DNA of 64,000 nucleotides, taken from assembly GCA_965249575.1 (NCBI GenBank), contig OZ252244.1, forward strand, positions 1,920,001-1,984,000. Direction: 5' to 3'. The notes beneath the pieces are model-generated. The model was not told the origin of the DNA, did no database searches, and was given only the letters and a program-made list of their open reading frames with translations. Position numbers and translations under genes: made by a program. The DNA is from Gemmatimonadales bacterium (GTDB lineage: Bacteria > Gemmatimonadota > Gemmatimonadetes > Gemmatimonadales > GWC2-71-9). Within the stretch, counting starts at the first letter, position 1; each line of letters opens with the position of its first letter. Positions 30,406 to 40,771 of this stretch are shown here, one piece after another.

Positions 30406-31812
30406 CTACCCCACCTTGATGTCCCGCCATTTGCCCTGCCGGAACCGGAGCACGCTCAGCACACAGCGCGTCGTGTGGCCAAGAAGAATCGCAATCCAGA
30501 TGTCGGCCGGGTTGAGTCCGCGCGTCGCCTGTAGCACCGCGCAGATGCCGAGTGGCACGGCGATCTGCGATACTAACGAGATGTAAAACGGGCTCTTGGT
30601 ATCCCCCGTCCCCTGAAGCCCGCCGGTATAGGCGAGGGCGACGGTAATGAACAATCCGGAGACGCTCAAGAAGGCCAATAGCTGCACGCCCAGCTCGACG
30701 ACGCTTGGATCAGTCATGCCGAAAAGCGCGAGTAGCGAGCTGGGGATCGTGAGGAACAAGAGCCCGAAGAACGCGGCGAGTGCGAGGCCGATACCGGAGG
30801 CCACCCTCACGGCTCTCACGGTCCTTTCGGGGCGTCCGGCCCCAAGGTTCTGACCGGCGACGGCAGCGGTGGCTCCCATGATCCCGACGGACGTCCAGGT
30901 GATGAGCGAGAAAAGCTCGGTGTAACCGACGGCGTAAGCTGCCTGCGCTTCTGCACTGCGTTCGAGGGATCCGACAAAGCGGAGCAGCATCACGCCCCCG
31001 ATGTTCATAGCGACCCCCTGATACCCGGTCGGCAGTCCGAACCGAAACAGCGACCGGATGATGGGCCAGTCGGGCTTCCAATTCATGCCCCGATGCCAGG
31101 TGACGACCAGCCTGCCGGAAAAAATGAGGTACACGGCGATCAGGCTCATGATCAGGCCGGCGAGCACGGTTCCGGCGGCCGCCCCAGCGGTCCCGAGAGC
31201 GGGTATTGGGCCAAGGCCGCGTATGAGGATGACGTTGAGCACCATGTTCAGGACGGTCATCGCGACGCCCAGACGGAGCGGCGTCCGAGCGTCGCCGGCA
31301 GACCGGAGGGCTCCGCCGACCATGAAGAACATCAGCATCCCGAAGCTGCCCAGGAACATGATGCGGAGGTACGGTAGCGCCTCCGCCCGGACCTCGGGTG
31401 CGGCGTTCACTATCCCGAGGAGGGAGGGTGCTGCCAGGTAGCCTACCGGCGCCATGATGCCCATCGATAGCACCACCGACGCAAGGAACGCCTGATAGAC
31501 AGCTCGGTTGACCTTGTCGGACTCGCGTGCGCCTGCGAACCGGGCCACGAGCACACCCATCCCGGTGTAGAGCGAGCTGATGAACACGATGACGACGAGG
31601 AAGATCTGCCAGGCGACGCCGATCGCAGCGTTCCCGGTGTAGCCTACGAAGTGCCCGACCATCGCGTGATCGACGATCCCCTGGAGGCCGCCGATCACGT
31701 TTTGGAGCATGGTCGGCCACGCGAGCATCCAGACCGCGCGAGCAATCGGCCCATCGACGATTGAGCGATCGAATGTCTTGGTGGGACGGGACGGCTTAGG
31801 CGGCGCGGTCAT
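30406..31812 (-). CDS. MATE family efflux transporter
   Basis: LAWP, D.AMVG, GD..TP, GQNLGA and G.GDT; about 12 TM segments. Confidence 0.92.
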   Translation of the reverse strand: MTAPPKPSRPTKTFDRSIVDGPIARAVWMLAWPTMLQNVIGGLQGIVDHAMVGHFVGYTGNAAIGVAWQIFLVVIVFISSLYTGMGVLVARFAGARESDKVNRAVYQAFLASVVLSMGIMAPVGYLAAPSLLGIVNAAPEVRAEALPYLRIMFLGSFGMLMFFMVGGALRSAGDARTPLRLGVAMTVLNMVLNVILIRGLGPIPALGTAGAAAGTVLAGLIMSLIAVYLIFSGRLVVTWHRGMNWKPDWPIIRSLFRFGLPTGYQGVAMNIGGVMLLRFVGSLERSAEAQAAYAVGYTELFSLITWTSVGIMGATAAVAGQNLGAGRPERTVRAVRVASGIGLALAAFFGLLFLTIPSSLLALFGMTDPSVVELGVQLLAFLSVSGLFITVALAYTGGLQGTGDTKSPFYISLVSQIAVPLGICAVLQATRGLNPADIWIAILLGHTTRCVLSVLRFRQGKWRDIKVG

Positions 31813-31859
31813 GGGGATGGAGGATCGCGGCGGGTCAGGGTTTGGACAAGTGGGGGATA

Positions 31860-31880
31860 GTGAGTGGTGAGAAGTGAGGA
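31860..31880. repeat. Short heptamer array GTGAGTG GTGAGAA GTGAGGA
   Basis: Same unit family as the arrays at 27701 and 28874. Confidence 0.55.
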
Positions 31881-32020
31881 CGAGTCAGCGGCCTCTACTG
31901 CGGTTCCCAGCTATTCGATGCGAACACGGGGGACTTACCTCCAGCGGGACCGCGGTTATTGTAAAATGGGTGCCGGTAGACGCCGGCTTCGTGAGAAGAC
32001 CATCGTGGGAGTGGAGCACC

Positions 32021-32269
32021 ATGACCGTGACCGTTCGCCAACCGATCGTCGAGCGCAAAGAGCGCCGATCTCTTCCCGACCGCCCCTGTGGCGTCTGTGC
32101 CCGCGGCGTGTACGTGACGAAGATGGAAACCGACTCGTACGCCGGCCGCGGCGTACTCCAGCGGTTCGGAGTCGACTCGAGGGAAGAGGGTCTGCTGTGG
32201 CGCGTCGAGGCCTGCGACAGGTGCGGACACGTGCAGATCTTCCGGCAGGACTGGCGGCGGGTGGGGTAG
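32021..32269 (+). CDS. Small Zn-ribbon-like hypothetical protein (82 aa)
   Basis: CGVC and CDRCGH pairs; GGAG RBS before ATG 32021. Confidence 0.6.
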   Translation: MTVTVRQPIVERKERRSLPDRPCGVCARGVYVTKMETDSYAGRGVLQRFGVDSREEGLLWRVEACDRCGHVQIFRQDWRRVG

Positions 32270-32290
32270 GGAGTGGCGAGGGCGGGCTAG

Positions 32291-32755
32291 CTATGGCGCC
32301 CCCACCGTGAAGTCGCGTGCCACCCTCCAAGAACCGTCGGGCTGTCTGCGCCAGAACGTAACGTAACGCGTGAGTGTGGTGTCCGGCGCAGCCGTTGGAG
32401 CGTCCTTCCGGCGCAAAACGCTGATATCGTGGCCAAACTCGTACGCGAAATCGCCGCGGATCTCGAGCCCCTCGGTCACGATCTGTAGCTCGAGGTACTC
32501 CGTCTCACTCTTCTCGAAGCTTCGAGCGCTCGTCTCGACGTAGGCCTCCCGGCCGTTCAGGTCATTTCCATCGACCCGCATGCTCGTAAAATCTTCCGTG
32601 ACGACGTTGCGGAGCGCGGCGGCGTCGGCCTGTTTGTACGCGACCGCCCACACCTCGTTGGTCGCGGCGATGGCGGCGCGGTCGGCGGCGTCGTCGGGTG
32701 GTGATCCCAAACAGGCTGAGACGAGTAGAGCCGTGGGGAGTACGTAGGGTCTCAT
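32291..32755 (-). CDS. NTF2/SnoaL-like (DUF4440) exported protein
   Basis: AI.A.N..W..AY...DA, GD.AYE.G and WRRQPDGSWR; possible lipobox. Confidence 0.8.
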   Translation of the reverse strand: MRPYVLPTALLVSACLGSPPDDAADRAAIAATNEVWAVAYKQADAAALRNVVTEDFTSMRVDGNDLNGREAYVETSARSFEKSETEYLELQIVTEGLEIRGDFAYEFGHDISVLRRKDAPTAAPDTTLTRYVTFWRRQPDGSWRVARDFTVGAP

Positions 32756-32774
32756 CTGTGTGCTGACCTCGGTT

Positions 32775-33240
32775 TCAGATCTTGTCCCAGTTCCAGATCG
32801 CGTATTGCGTGTCCTTGTGGAGGTTGTGCCCACATTCTTTGAGAGTCAGGAGGATGTTCCCCCTTGGTGACTCTCGTGTGCGACGAAATACGCGAGCGTG
32901 GTGGGCACCCCCTTCTTGAATCCGCGGCGCTCGCCGCCCCCGAGAGCAGCCCGCTGAAAAACGCCTCGATCGCCGTGCCGGATGCGGTGAGCGCAGCCCT
33001 GAGCTGTTTCTTGGTTGGACGCGTCTTGGACTCAAAAACCTCAAGGCCAGCGGCGAGGTCTCGGGCACGTTTCTCCAATTGCCACACCCGGTTGTCGTGC
33101 AGGTGCCCGAACTGTCGTGCGACGTCGCGCCCGCCACGCTTGGACAGGGTACAACGCATGCCCGCATCGCTGATGTGATCGATCAGAAAGAGGTTGATAC
33201 GGTTGTTCGTGCGCCACGCCTCCAGGAAATCCTCCGTCAT
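32775..33240 (-). CDS. DinB family protein, frameshifted
   Basis: EAWRTNNRINL.L, QF.HLH..R and C-terminal RGNILLTLK..G...IWNWDKI in shifted frames. Confidence 0.75.
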
Positions 33241-33250
33241 GTGTCGAGGC

Positions 33251-33679
33251 TCAGCCGGTCCAAGGGTCGTACGTGCCGAAGTTCCACAGGTGCCCCTCCG
33301 GGTCACGGCACGAGTAACCCCGTCCTCCGTAATCTTCATCTTTGATGTCGTAGACGATCTCGGCACCGGCCGCGACGGCGCGGGCGTAGTGTACGTCCGC
33401 ATCCTCCACGATGATGTACGGACTCTGGGACCCGACGCCACCGAGGTCCCGCGGGGTCTTCTGGAGCTTCCCGAATTCGTTGTCGAGCGCCGAGCCAAGC
33501 ATGATCATTCCGTCGCCCAGCACCAGTTGGGCGTGGGCGATCGTGCCGTCCTCGCCCGGTACTACCAAATGCTCGCGGAACCCGAATGCCCTACACAGCC
33601 ACTCGATGGCCGCCGCGGCGTCGTGGTAGCGCATGGTGGGGATAATGGTCGCCCTTGTCTCGCTGGGGTTGTCATTCAA
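33251..33679 (-). CDS. VOC/glyoxalase (PhnB-like) protein
   Basis: RYHDA.AAI.WL..AFGF, HAQL..G, AVAAGA and RDPEGHLW.FG. Confidence 0.88.
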   Translation of the reverse strand: MNDNPSETRATIIPTMRYHDAAAAIEWLCRAFGFREHLVVPGEDGTIAHAQLVLGDGMIMLGSALDNEFGKLQKTPRDLGGVGSQSPYIIVEDADVHYARAVAAGAEIVYDIKDEDYGGRGYSCRDPEGHLWNFGTYDPWTG

Positions 33680-33735
33680 CGAGATCACCCTTGGTTGGTC
33701 CCATCTGAGTCGCTTGGGCTGGGTCGGATCAGCGC

Positions 33736-34035
33736 TCACGAGCGGTAGTAAGCGCCTTTCGGCGGGCCGGCCAGCATCGCCATGGCCTTCTCGAGCGCGT
33801 CTGGTGGTACGTTCTTCGCCGAGGCCTTGTGCGCGTCCTCGGTGTCCCACACTTCGATAACCACGACCCTCGTTGGGTCACCCTGGCGCTGGAGCAGTTG
33901 GCAGGATCGACATCCGTCCGAGGCCTCTATCGTCGGCACGAACGACCGGATTAGGTCCGCGAGATCGTCCCCCTTACCCCCCTGAGCGTGAAACTCGTTG
34001 ATTCGTGTTACGGTCACCGATTCGCTCTCCTTCAA
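33736..34035 (-). CDS. Antibiotic biosynthesis monooxygenase (ABM) family protein
   Basis: GC....L...DP...VIEVW....H.AS. Confidence 0.8.
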   Translation of the reverse strand: MKESESVTVTRINEFHAQGGKGDDLADLIRSFVPTIEASDGCRSCQLLQRQGDPTRVVVIEVWDTEDAHKASAKNVPPDALEKAMAMLAGPPKGAYYRS

Positions 34036-34087
34036 CCGCTCTGCGAGTACCCCCTAACAGTGTCCAACATCGAAGGCGCCACGCTCC

Positions 34088-35659
34088 TTAGTTCTCCGCG
34101 CCCGGGTACGTCCGTTCGGGCTCCCTGCAAGCAGGCCACGTCATCGTTTCCCCCGTGCGCGGGTCCGTCGGGAACGCGGTTCGTCGTTCGCGCGCGACGC
34201 GCTCCGGGTCTTCTGCGGCAGCGTACGTCATCGCCGCGATCAGGGTCGCGTTGTGCCGCACTTCCTCGAAGACCAGCTTGTCGAAGGTGTCCCGGTTCGT
34301 ATGCCACGTGTACGTGAAGTAATCCCATTCCCGCCCGCCGAAGCGAAAAGCTGGGACGCCGTAGCAGAGAAAAGAGGCGTGATCCGTTCCCCCGCTGTGC
34401 GGTATCCCAGGCAGCGTGAGCTTCAAGGGGTCGCTCAGCTCGCTGGGCATCTGCGCGAACCAGCGGGAGAAGTGCGCGCCGGACCCCATCATCCCCTGCA
34501 TGGAGATGTCATTCACGAGGCCGGTGCCGATGTCGAAGTTGAGGAGGACATGGAGGCCCTCGACGACGTGCGGGTTGTCCTCCGCGAACGCCCGCGAGCC
34601 GTTCAGTCCCTGCTCTTCGCCACCCCAGTGTCCCACCAGGATGGTCCGCTTGGGCGCTGGATAGACCATCTTGAGAATGCGCATCGCCTCGAGTAATGCG
34701 ATCGTTCCGGCCCCCGTGTCGGTGGCCCCCGAGCCTCCGTCCCACGAATCGAGATGGGACGATAGCACGACGTACTCGTCGGGGAGCTCTACCCCGCGGT
34801 ACTCGGCGATGGTGTTGTAGGTCGGCACGTCGCCTAGCAGCTCTCCTCCGGCGTCCACCCGAAGTGCGGGCCCCTGGGAGTTGGCGGCGAGCCGATACAG
34901 CAGGCTGTAGTCCTCGCAACTGAGATCGAGCGAGGGAACCTCGTCGGTTCGGGCGCCGAAGATCCGGGTGACCCCCCATCCTCCGGACCACGTGGATGTG
35001 AGCATGCCCGCAACGCCTCCCCGCTCGAGCGCGCCGGGGAGCGTCCGCGCCGTGTAACCGGTCCGCTCGATGCGGGTTCTCCAGTCCCGAGTGCTCCGCT
35101 CCCGGATCTCTAGCATGTTCCGGTAGACGTTCGTATCCGCGAATCGCTCCCAGCTGCGGTCCGGCCGGCAGGTCATCTGCGGGGGAGAGATCATCACGAA
35201 CTTCCCGCGCGCTGTCGCGAGCCACGCGCCGAAGCGGTCCGGGCCGTCGACCATTGGGAGCGCGACGACCTCGCCTTCGATGGGGGCTGAGGTCCCCGGG
35301 CTCCAGGCGAGCATGGTGGCCTCGAGTGTCCGAACGCGGGGGCGGATGAGGTCGACGTGCGTCGGGCCACGGCGCCACCCTCTCCAAGTTCCATATTGCT
35401 CGGTTCGCGCGGGTATCCCCCACGAGGCGTAGTGCGAGACCAGCCAGTCACCCGCGGCCTTCAGCTCAGGCGTGCCGGTCAGGCGTGGGCCGATCGAGTC
35501 CATCAGTACCTGTGCGAACTCGTAGGTCCTCGAGCTGTCCATACCGATGGCCCAGATACGGCGGAGAACGGGGTCGTCGGTGGTGAACGTCTGGGCCTCG
35601 GCGTTGGAGGGACGCAGACATACGGTCAATGCGATCGAGGCGGCGAGTAAAGCTCTCAT
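34088..35659 (-). CDS. M28 family metallopeptidase (carboxypeptidase Q-like), exported
   Basis: SHLDSW, GATD.GAG, GEEQGL, DHASF and WHT.RD; signal peptide. Confidence 0.9.
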   Translation of the reverse strand: MRALLAASIALTVCLRPSNAEAQTFTTDDPVLRRIWAIGMDSSRTYEFAQVLMDSIGPRLTGTPELKAAGDWLVSHYASWGIPARTEQYGTWRGWRRGPTHVDLIRPRVRTLEATMLAWSPGTSAPIEGEVVALPMVDGPDRFGAWLATARGKFVMISPPQMTCRPDRSWERFADTNVYRNMLEIRERSTRDWRTRIERTGYTARTLPGALERGGVAGMLTSTWSGGWGVTRIFGARTDEVPSLDLSCEDYSLLYRLAANSQGPALRVDAGGELLGDVPTYNTIAEYRGVELPDEYVVLSSHLDSWDGGSGATDTGAGTIALLEAMRILKMVYPAPKRTILVGHWGGEEQGLNGSRAFAEDNPHVVEGLHVLLNFDIGTGLVNDISMQGMMGSGAHFSRWFAQMPSELSDPLKLTLPGIPHSGGTDHASFLCYGVPAFRFGGREWDYFTYTWHTNRDTFDKLVFEEVRHNATLIAAMTYAAAEDPERVARERRTAFPTDPRTGETMTWPACREPERTYPGAEN

Positions 35660-35738
35660 CGAGGTTTTTGGGTATTGAGGTGAGGTGGCGAGACCGCATC
35701 GAAGCGATCCAATGCGGGAAAAGCTACAGAAGAACGCG

Positions 35739-35879
35739 GTGCCGCGTCAGGTGCCAGGGTACCGGGTGCCGGGCGCCAGGGGGCGGAGGTGGGTTAACAC
35801 CAATTCCGACGAAAATGCGGGCCCGAAACTCAGATCTGAACTGGGACCTGGAACCCGGGACCTGGCCTCTGACACCTGA
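35739..35879. repeat. Inverted degenerate heptamer arrays (GGGTGCC)n ... (CTGGGAC)n
   Basis: GGGTACC GGGTGCC GGGCGCC at about 35757-35777; CTGGGAC CTGGAAC CCGGGAC CTGGCCT CTGACAC at 35841-35875. Confidence 0.7.
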
Positions 35880-35948
35880 TTTCCCCCCCGCTGGCCCAAC
35901 CCTTTTCTTTCCTCTAACTTCTCGCGTGATCAGGAGCGTTTTCGCGAA

Positions 35949-38900
35949 ATGAGTGACCTCGAGACCCGTCTCCAAGCAGCGGTCGGCGACGCGTTTCGCC
36001 TCGAGAGGGAGCTAGGCGGCGGGGGTATGTCCCGCGTCTTTCTCGCAGAGGAACGCCGCCTCGGACGCCGCGTCGTCATCAAGGTGCTCCCGCCCGAGAT
36101 GGCCGCTGGTGTCAGCATCGAGCGGTTCGAGCGCGAGATCCAGCTCGCGGCCAAGCTGCAGCACCCCACATCGTACCGCTACTCACCGCCGGCTCGAAGG
36201 GCGACCTGTTGTGGTACGCGATGCCCTTCATCGAGGGGGAATCCCTTGCGAGCCCGTTTGGCCCGGGAGGGCGAGCTGCCAATCACCCAGACGATCCGCA
36301 TTCTGCGCGACGTTGCGGACGCCCTCGCCTACGCACACCGGCACGGCGTCGTCCACCGCGACATCAAGCCCGACAACGTGCTCCTGTCCGACGGGCACGC
36401 CGTGGTGACCGATTTCGGTGTGGCCAAGGCGGTGAGTGAATCTACGGGTGAAAAATCGCTGACATCGCTTGGCGTCGCGCTGGGTACCCCGTCATACATG
36501 GCGCCGGAGCAGGCCGCGGCCGATCCACACGTCGACCATCGGGCGGACATCTACGCCTTCGGCGCGTTTGCCTACGAGATGCTGACGGGCCGGCCACCAT
36601 TCACCGGAATGAACGCTCAGGCGGTGCTGGCGGCGCATCTCACCCAGGCACCCGAGCCGGTGACGCAGCACCGTACGGCGGTGCCCGAGTCGCTGTCCCA
36701 GGTGGTCATGAAGTGCCTCGAAAAACGGGCGGCGGACCGCTGGCAACGTGCGGACGAGTTGCGAGCCGAGCTGGAAGGCCTCGCGACTCCCACTGCGGGT
36801 CTCACACCGGCCGGCACTCAGCCGGTCATGCCGGCGGCCTCGGCGGCTGGACCGGCTCCCGAGCACCATGCGCGGCACGCGCACCCGGTGCGGGTGGCTG
36901 CCCTGTTTGGCGTGGGGGCGGCCGCGGTTCTACTGGTCGTCTACGGCTTGATGATCGCCTTGGGCCTACCGGACTGGGTGTTCCTAGGAGCCGTGATGCT
37001 ACTTGCGATCGGGTTGCCCATCATGCTGCTGACCGGGCATCACGAGCATCGTCGCGCCGCTGCGCGAGGCGCCGGAGTGCACGTGACTACCCCGGCAGGC
37101 CTCGAGCGGCACTTCACGTTCCGAAAAGCCCTCATGGGTGGCGGACTCGCCTTTAGCAGCCTCACGGTTCTCACCGGCGGGTTCTTGGGTCTCCGAGCCA
37201 TGGGAGTTGGACCGTTCGGAACGCTCATCACGAGCGGTGTTCTCGGAGTACAAGAGCGCCTCATCCTCGCCGATTTCGAGAACGCCACGGGAGACTCGAT
37301 GCTTGGCGGGACGGTAACGGAGCTCCTTCGCATCGATCTCACCCAATCTCCCGTCGTGTCGGTCATGGAGGGCGGCCAGCTAGCCGAGATCATGGCCCTG
37401 ATGCAACGGAGCCGGGACGAGCCGCTTACGCCGGAGCTCGCGAAGGAGATCGCTACGCGGGAAGGCATCAAGGCATACGTGCACGACGATGTTCGGCCGC
37501 TCGGGAGACCGCTGATGAGCCGGGAGATGTGATCGCCGCTGTCGACCGGCTCGGCGCCAAGCTCCGCGAGCGGATCGGGGAATCGCTGCGCACGGTGCGG
37601 GCCGACCCGCCGCTCGAGCGTGCCACTACGAGGTCGGTGGACGCCCTCCGCGTGTACGCCCAGGCCACTCGCATGGCCAACCTGGGAGACTACGACCGGG
37701 CCATTGCTCCCCTGGAAGAGGCGACGCGTTTGGACACGACGTTCGCGATGGCGTATCGGCGGCTGGCCGCGTTCTTGGGCAACCGCGGGGACGCCATGAG
37801 CCAAGAGCGTTCGAGGGTCGCGGTGGCGCGGGCGTTTACGCTGCGTGACCGGCTCTCCAATAGGGAGCGCCTCCACGTCGAAGCCTACGCGGCCCTGGGC
37901 GCAAGGGATATTGAGCGGGCCGTAACGGCGTACTTGGCGCTCCTCGAACGATATCCAACCGACCAGACTGCGCTTAACAACGTGGCCGTCTCGTACATGA
38001 ACCTCAACCGGCCGGGGGAACGGGACCGCATGCTTTGGCGCGCCATAGACGCGCAGGTAGCCATCGCGATCTCGTACACCAATTTGATCGCTTACCGGCT
38101 GTGGGCCGGCGACCTGGAAGAGGCTGACTCGGTACTCCGGCTCTTTGAGCAGCGTTTCCCCGAAAGCGCTGACGTTTTCCGCAGGCGATCCGGTATCGAG
38201 CTTGCACGCCAGAACTTAGAGGGCGCCGGAGAAGCGGCGCGTGGCGCGCTCGGAGCCGCGCCGGGACTGAGAGTTTGGGCGAACTACCGTCTGAGGTCGA
38301 TCGCCGAGATGACTGGGAGAATGGCGGAGGCCAGACAGTACGCCCGAGAGGCGCTGCGCGTTCAGGCCGAGCGGGTTGCGATGACCGACGAGGAGCACGC
38401 GATTCAGGCGGAGTTCGAGGATCTAACTCGCCGGATGACCCACGCTCAGGACCCCAATGAGTTGGGCGGTGATTTCGAACGTCTGTGGGACCGGTTGGCG
38501 CCGATCACCGCCGACTGCGAGCCGACCGAGCGTGGCCACCTCGAGTACGTGGCGGCGCTGGCGCGCAGCGGACGTCCCCAGCTTGCGCGGGAGTTGCTGG
38601 AGGAGTTCAAGAAGGCCATCGAGCGAGAAGAGTACGTCAACCGCTTCACGCGGGCTGGTGTGTTAGACCGGGAGGGCGATGTTGCACTCTCCGAAGGCAA
38701 CATTCAAGAGGCGATCGATGCCTATCGAGCGAGTTGCGACCCTTGGCGCGAGACCTTTGCGGGCTGCGATGCGAGGCCCGGGCTAGCTCAGGCCTACGAA
38801 AGAGCCGGCGATACTGACTCCGCGCTAGCGATCTTCCAGCGGTTCGTCAATCTCCAGGCCGATCGCGGCTTCGAAGAGCGAATCTGGTACGCGAGCTCTC

Positions 38901-39061
38901 GCAGGCGCGTAGGTGAGCTCTACGAGACGCGCGGAGACCGTGAAAAAGCGGTCGAGTACTACGGCAGCTTCGTCGATCTCTGGAAGGACGCGGACTCTGA
39001 GCTACAGCCGGTGGTGGAAGAGACGAAGCGGAGGATCGCGCGGCTGGCTGGAGAACCGTAG
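35949..39061 (+). pseudogene. Ser/Thr kinase + 3 TM + TPR protein, disrupted
   Basis: ELGGGGMSRVFLA, HRDIKPDN, DFG and GTPSYMAPEQ; compensating frameshifts near 36168 and 36243; apparent deletion/frame break near 37500-37530. Confidence 0.8.
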
Positions 39062-39239
39062 GGAGGCGAGCCCGCCGTACGGCCGCCGCCGCGATCAGCA
39101 CCAAACCGAAGACGCACGCACAGCGATCGGGAAGGAGCCCGTTCTCCGGCCCGGTTCGTGTGAGATCGTTGGCATCATGATGCGATGGCAAATATAAACC
39201 GGGACGCGGCGTAGGTTCACGGCCGGTCCACTACGTCCA

Positions 39240-40442
39240 TCACCAACTCACAGGCTTGCGGCGCCCGAATCCCAGCCAGATGTCGAGTCTGAGCATCAGC
39301 GCTCGAAGCGGCGTCCCCGCCAACCAAGGCCCCACTCGGTAGAGCCACCTCGAGTAATCCTTGTTGTATGGACAGACGCGAATACAAATGGAGCAGTCAC
39401 TGTTCTGCCGTGCCCAGAAGCTGAAGCACTTCTCGGCGTCGACAGTCCACTTCCGCACACCCTTGAGGTTGGAAACATTGTGGACTTCGTCACTAGGATC
39501 GTCGTTGGGGATCGCTTTGGGTGGACAGGCCTGCGTGCAGCGCCGGCAGACGGAGCAGAACTGCTTCACGCCGAACGAGATCGGCCGGTCGTGCGACAAG
39601 GGCATATCGGTGAAGACCTTGCCCAGCCGCACGGGACCGAATTCCTTGGTGATCAGCAAGCCGTGCCGCCCGTACTCGCCTAGGCCGGCGCGGATGGCGA
39701 AGGGAATGGCTAGCGCGGAGTCGTTCAGACTCGGCACCGCTAGGTACCCGAGGTTCCGGATGTACTGCGCCAGGGACAGGACGGTGACGACGTCCCTTGA
39801 GTAGCCCAAACCGGTGGCCGCCCCGCTGAGGGCGGATGGAACGGTCCGGACGAGGTCGTAGTCCATGGCCGTCGCGACGACGATCACGTTTTCGAGGCCC
39901 GCGGAGACCTCGTTCGGCTTCCCTTGCTGTGTCTGGGCGCTGTAGCAATGGGTGTAGATCCAGCGGTCGTCATTGTGCGTGATGCCCACCCGGTCCGCAC
40001 CGCACGCCCTCGCGACTCGCTTGATCTCCCTAGCCATTGCCCCGGCGGACGGGATGGATCGCTTCTCGTCCGCCCCCTCCCGGAGGACCGAGTACTCGTT
40101 GAGGAACCCCTCACGTCTGTCTTCCCTCTGCTTCAGCTCGGCGAAGATGTCGGGAACGTGCCACGTGGCATTCCGGAAGGAGTAGTCGCGGTGCCCGTAG
40201 CCATCCACCTCGCGATAGTGCTTCAGCGGCTTGCGGTAGGTTTCGAAGAAGATGTCGGTTTTCTTAGAGCGAACCGCAGGATCCCAGAATGCACGACAGA
40301 ACACATCGTTACGCTGATTGAAGCGCTCGAACCCGTCGAGAATGTCAAAGTCAGCCTCCCGGTCGAGCTCGACGCGCGGAACGGAACCCAGTAGCTCTCG
40401 TCTCGACTGGTCGGTGTCGGGTCGGTTCACTAGGTCGGCCAT
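39240..40442 (-). CDS. Reductive dehalogenase-like cobalamin/2x[4Fe-4S] protein, no TAT signal
   Basis: GAD.VGI, AGLGEYGRHGLLIT.EFGP, FCSVCRRCTQACP and KC-x10-CSICIRVCPYNK. Confidence 0.85.
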   Translation of the reverse strand: MADLVNRPDTDQSRRELLGSVPRVELDREADFDILDGFERFNQRNDVFCRAFWDPAVRSKKTDIFFETYRKPLKHYREVDGYGHRDYSFRNATWHVPDIFAELKQREDRREGFLNEYSVLREGADEKRSIPSAGAMAREIKRVARACGADRVGITHNDDRWIYTHCYSAQTQQGKPNEVSAGLENVIVVATAMDYDLVRTVPSALSGAATGLGYSRDVVTVLSLAQYIRNLGYLAVPSLNDSALAIPFAIRAGLGEYGRHGLLITKEFGPVRLGKVFTDMPLSHDRPISFGVKQFCSVCRRCTQACPPKAIPNDDPSDEVHNVSNLKGVRKWTVDAEKCFSFWARQNSDCSICIRVCPYNKDYSRWLYRVGPWLAGTPLRALMLRLDIWLGFGRRKPVSW

Positions 40443-40771
40443 TCGAGCTCCCCTTCTCGCCGAGACTCATTCGTGCGGGCGCGTGGCCGGGGGACGACGA
40501 ACCGGGAAAGAGGAAACGGAATGCCCAGGCACGAGCGGTTAGCGAAATGGTACCATTACCTGCGATAGGGCGCTATGAGTGGAGTGTCTCGCCCAGGCAT
40601 CCCCAGCTGACGCCTTCATTGGCGAAGACGGCTATCCCGACCGGCGGAAACGAGATGAGTGGAGGTGGTGATTAGTGAGTCGTGAGCGGTGTTCGTCCTG
40701 GTAATGTGTCCGTGGGGTCGGGTCGAGCCCCCCGCCGCTCGCCCACCCCCACTTACTACGTCACTTCCTTA

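Noticed and set aside
39231..39245. Selenocysteine or readthrough at TGG-TGA-TGG-ACG-TAG ending the dehalogenase-like gene
   Set aside because: It would add only three residues, is not at a Cys-equivalent site, and no SECIS is evident
40443..40660. Cobalamin riboswitch upstream of the dehalogenase-like gene
   Set aside because: No recognisable B12-box or conserved GGGAA/GCCACTG/AGYCAG elements on the minus strand; a covariance-model search would settle it
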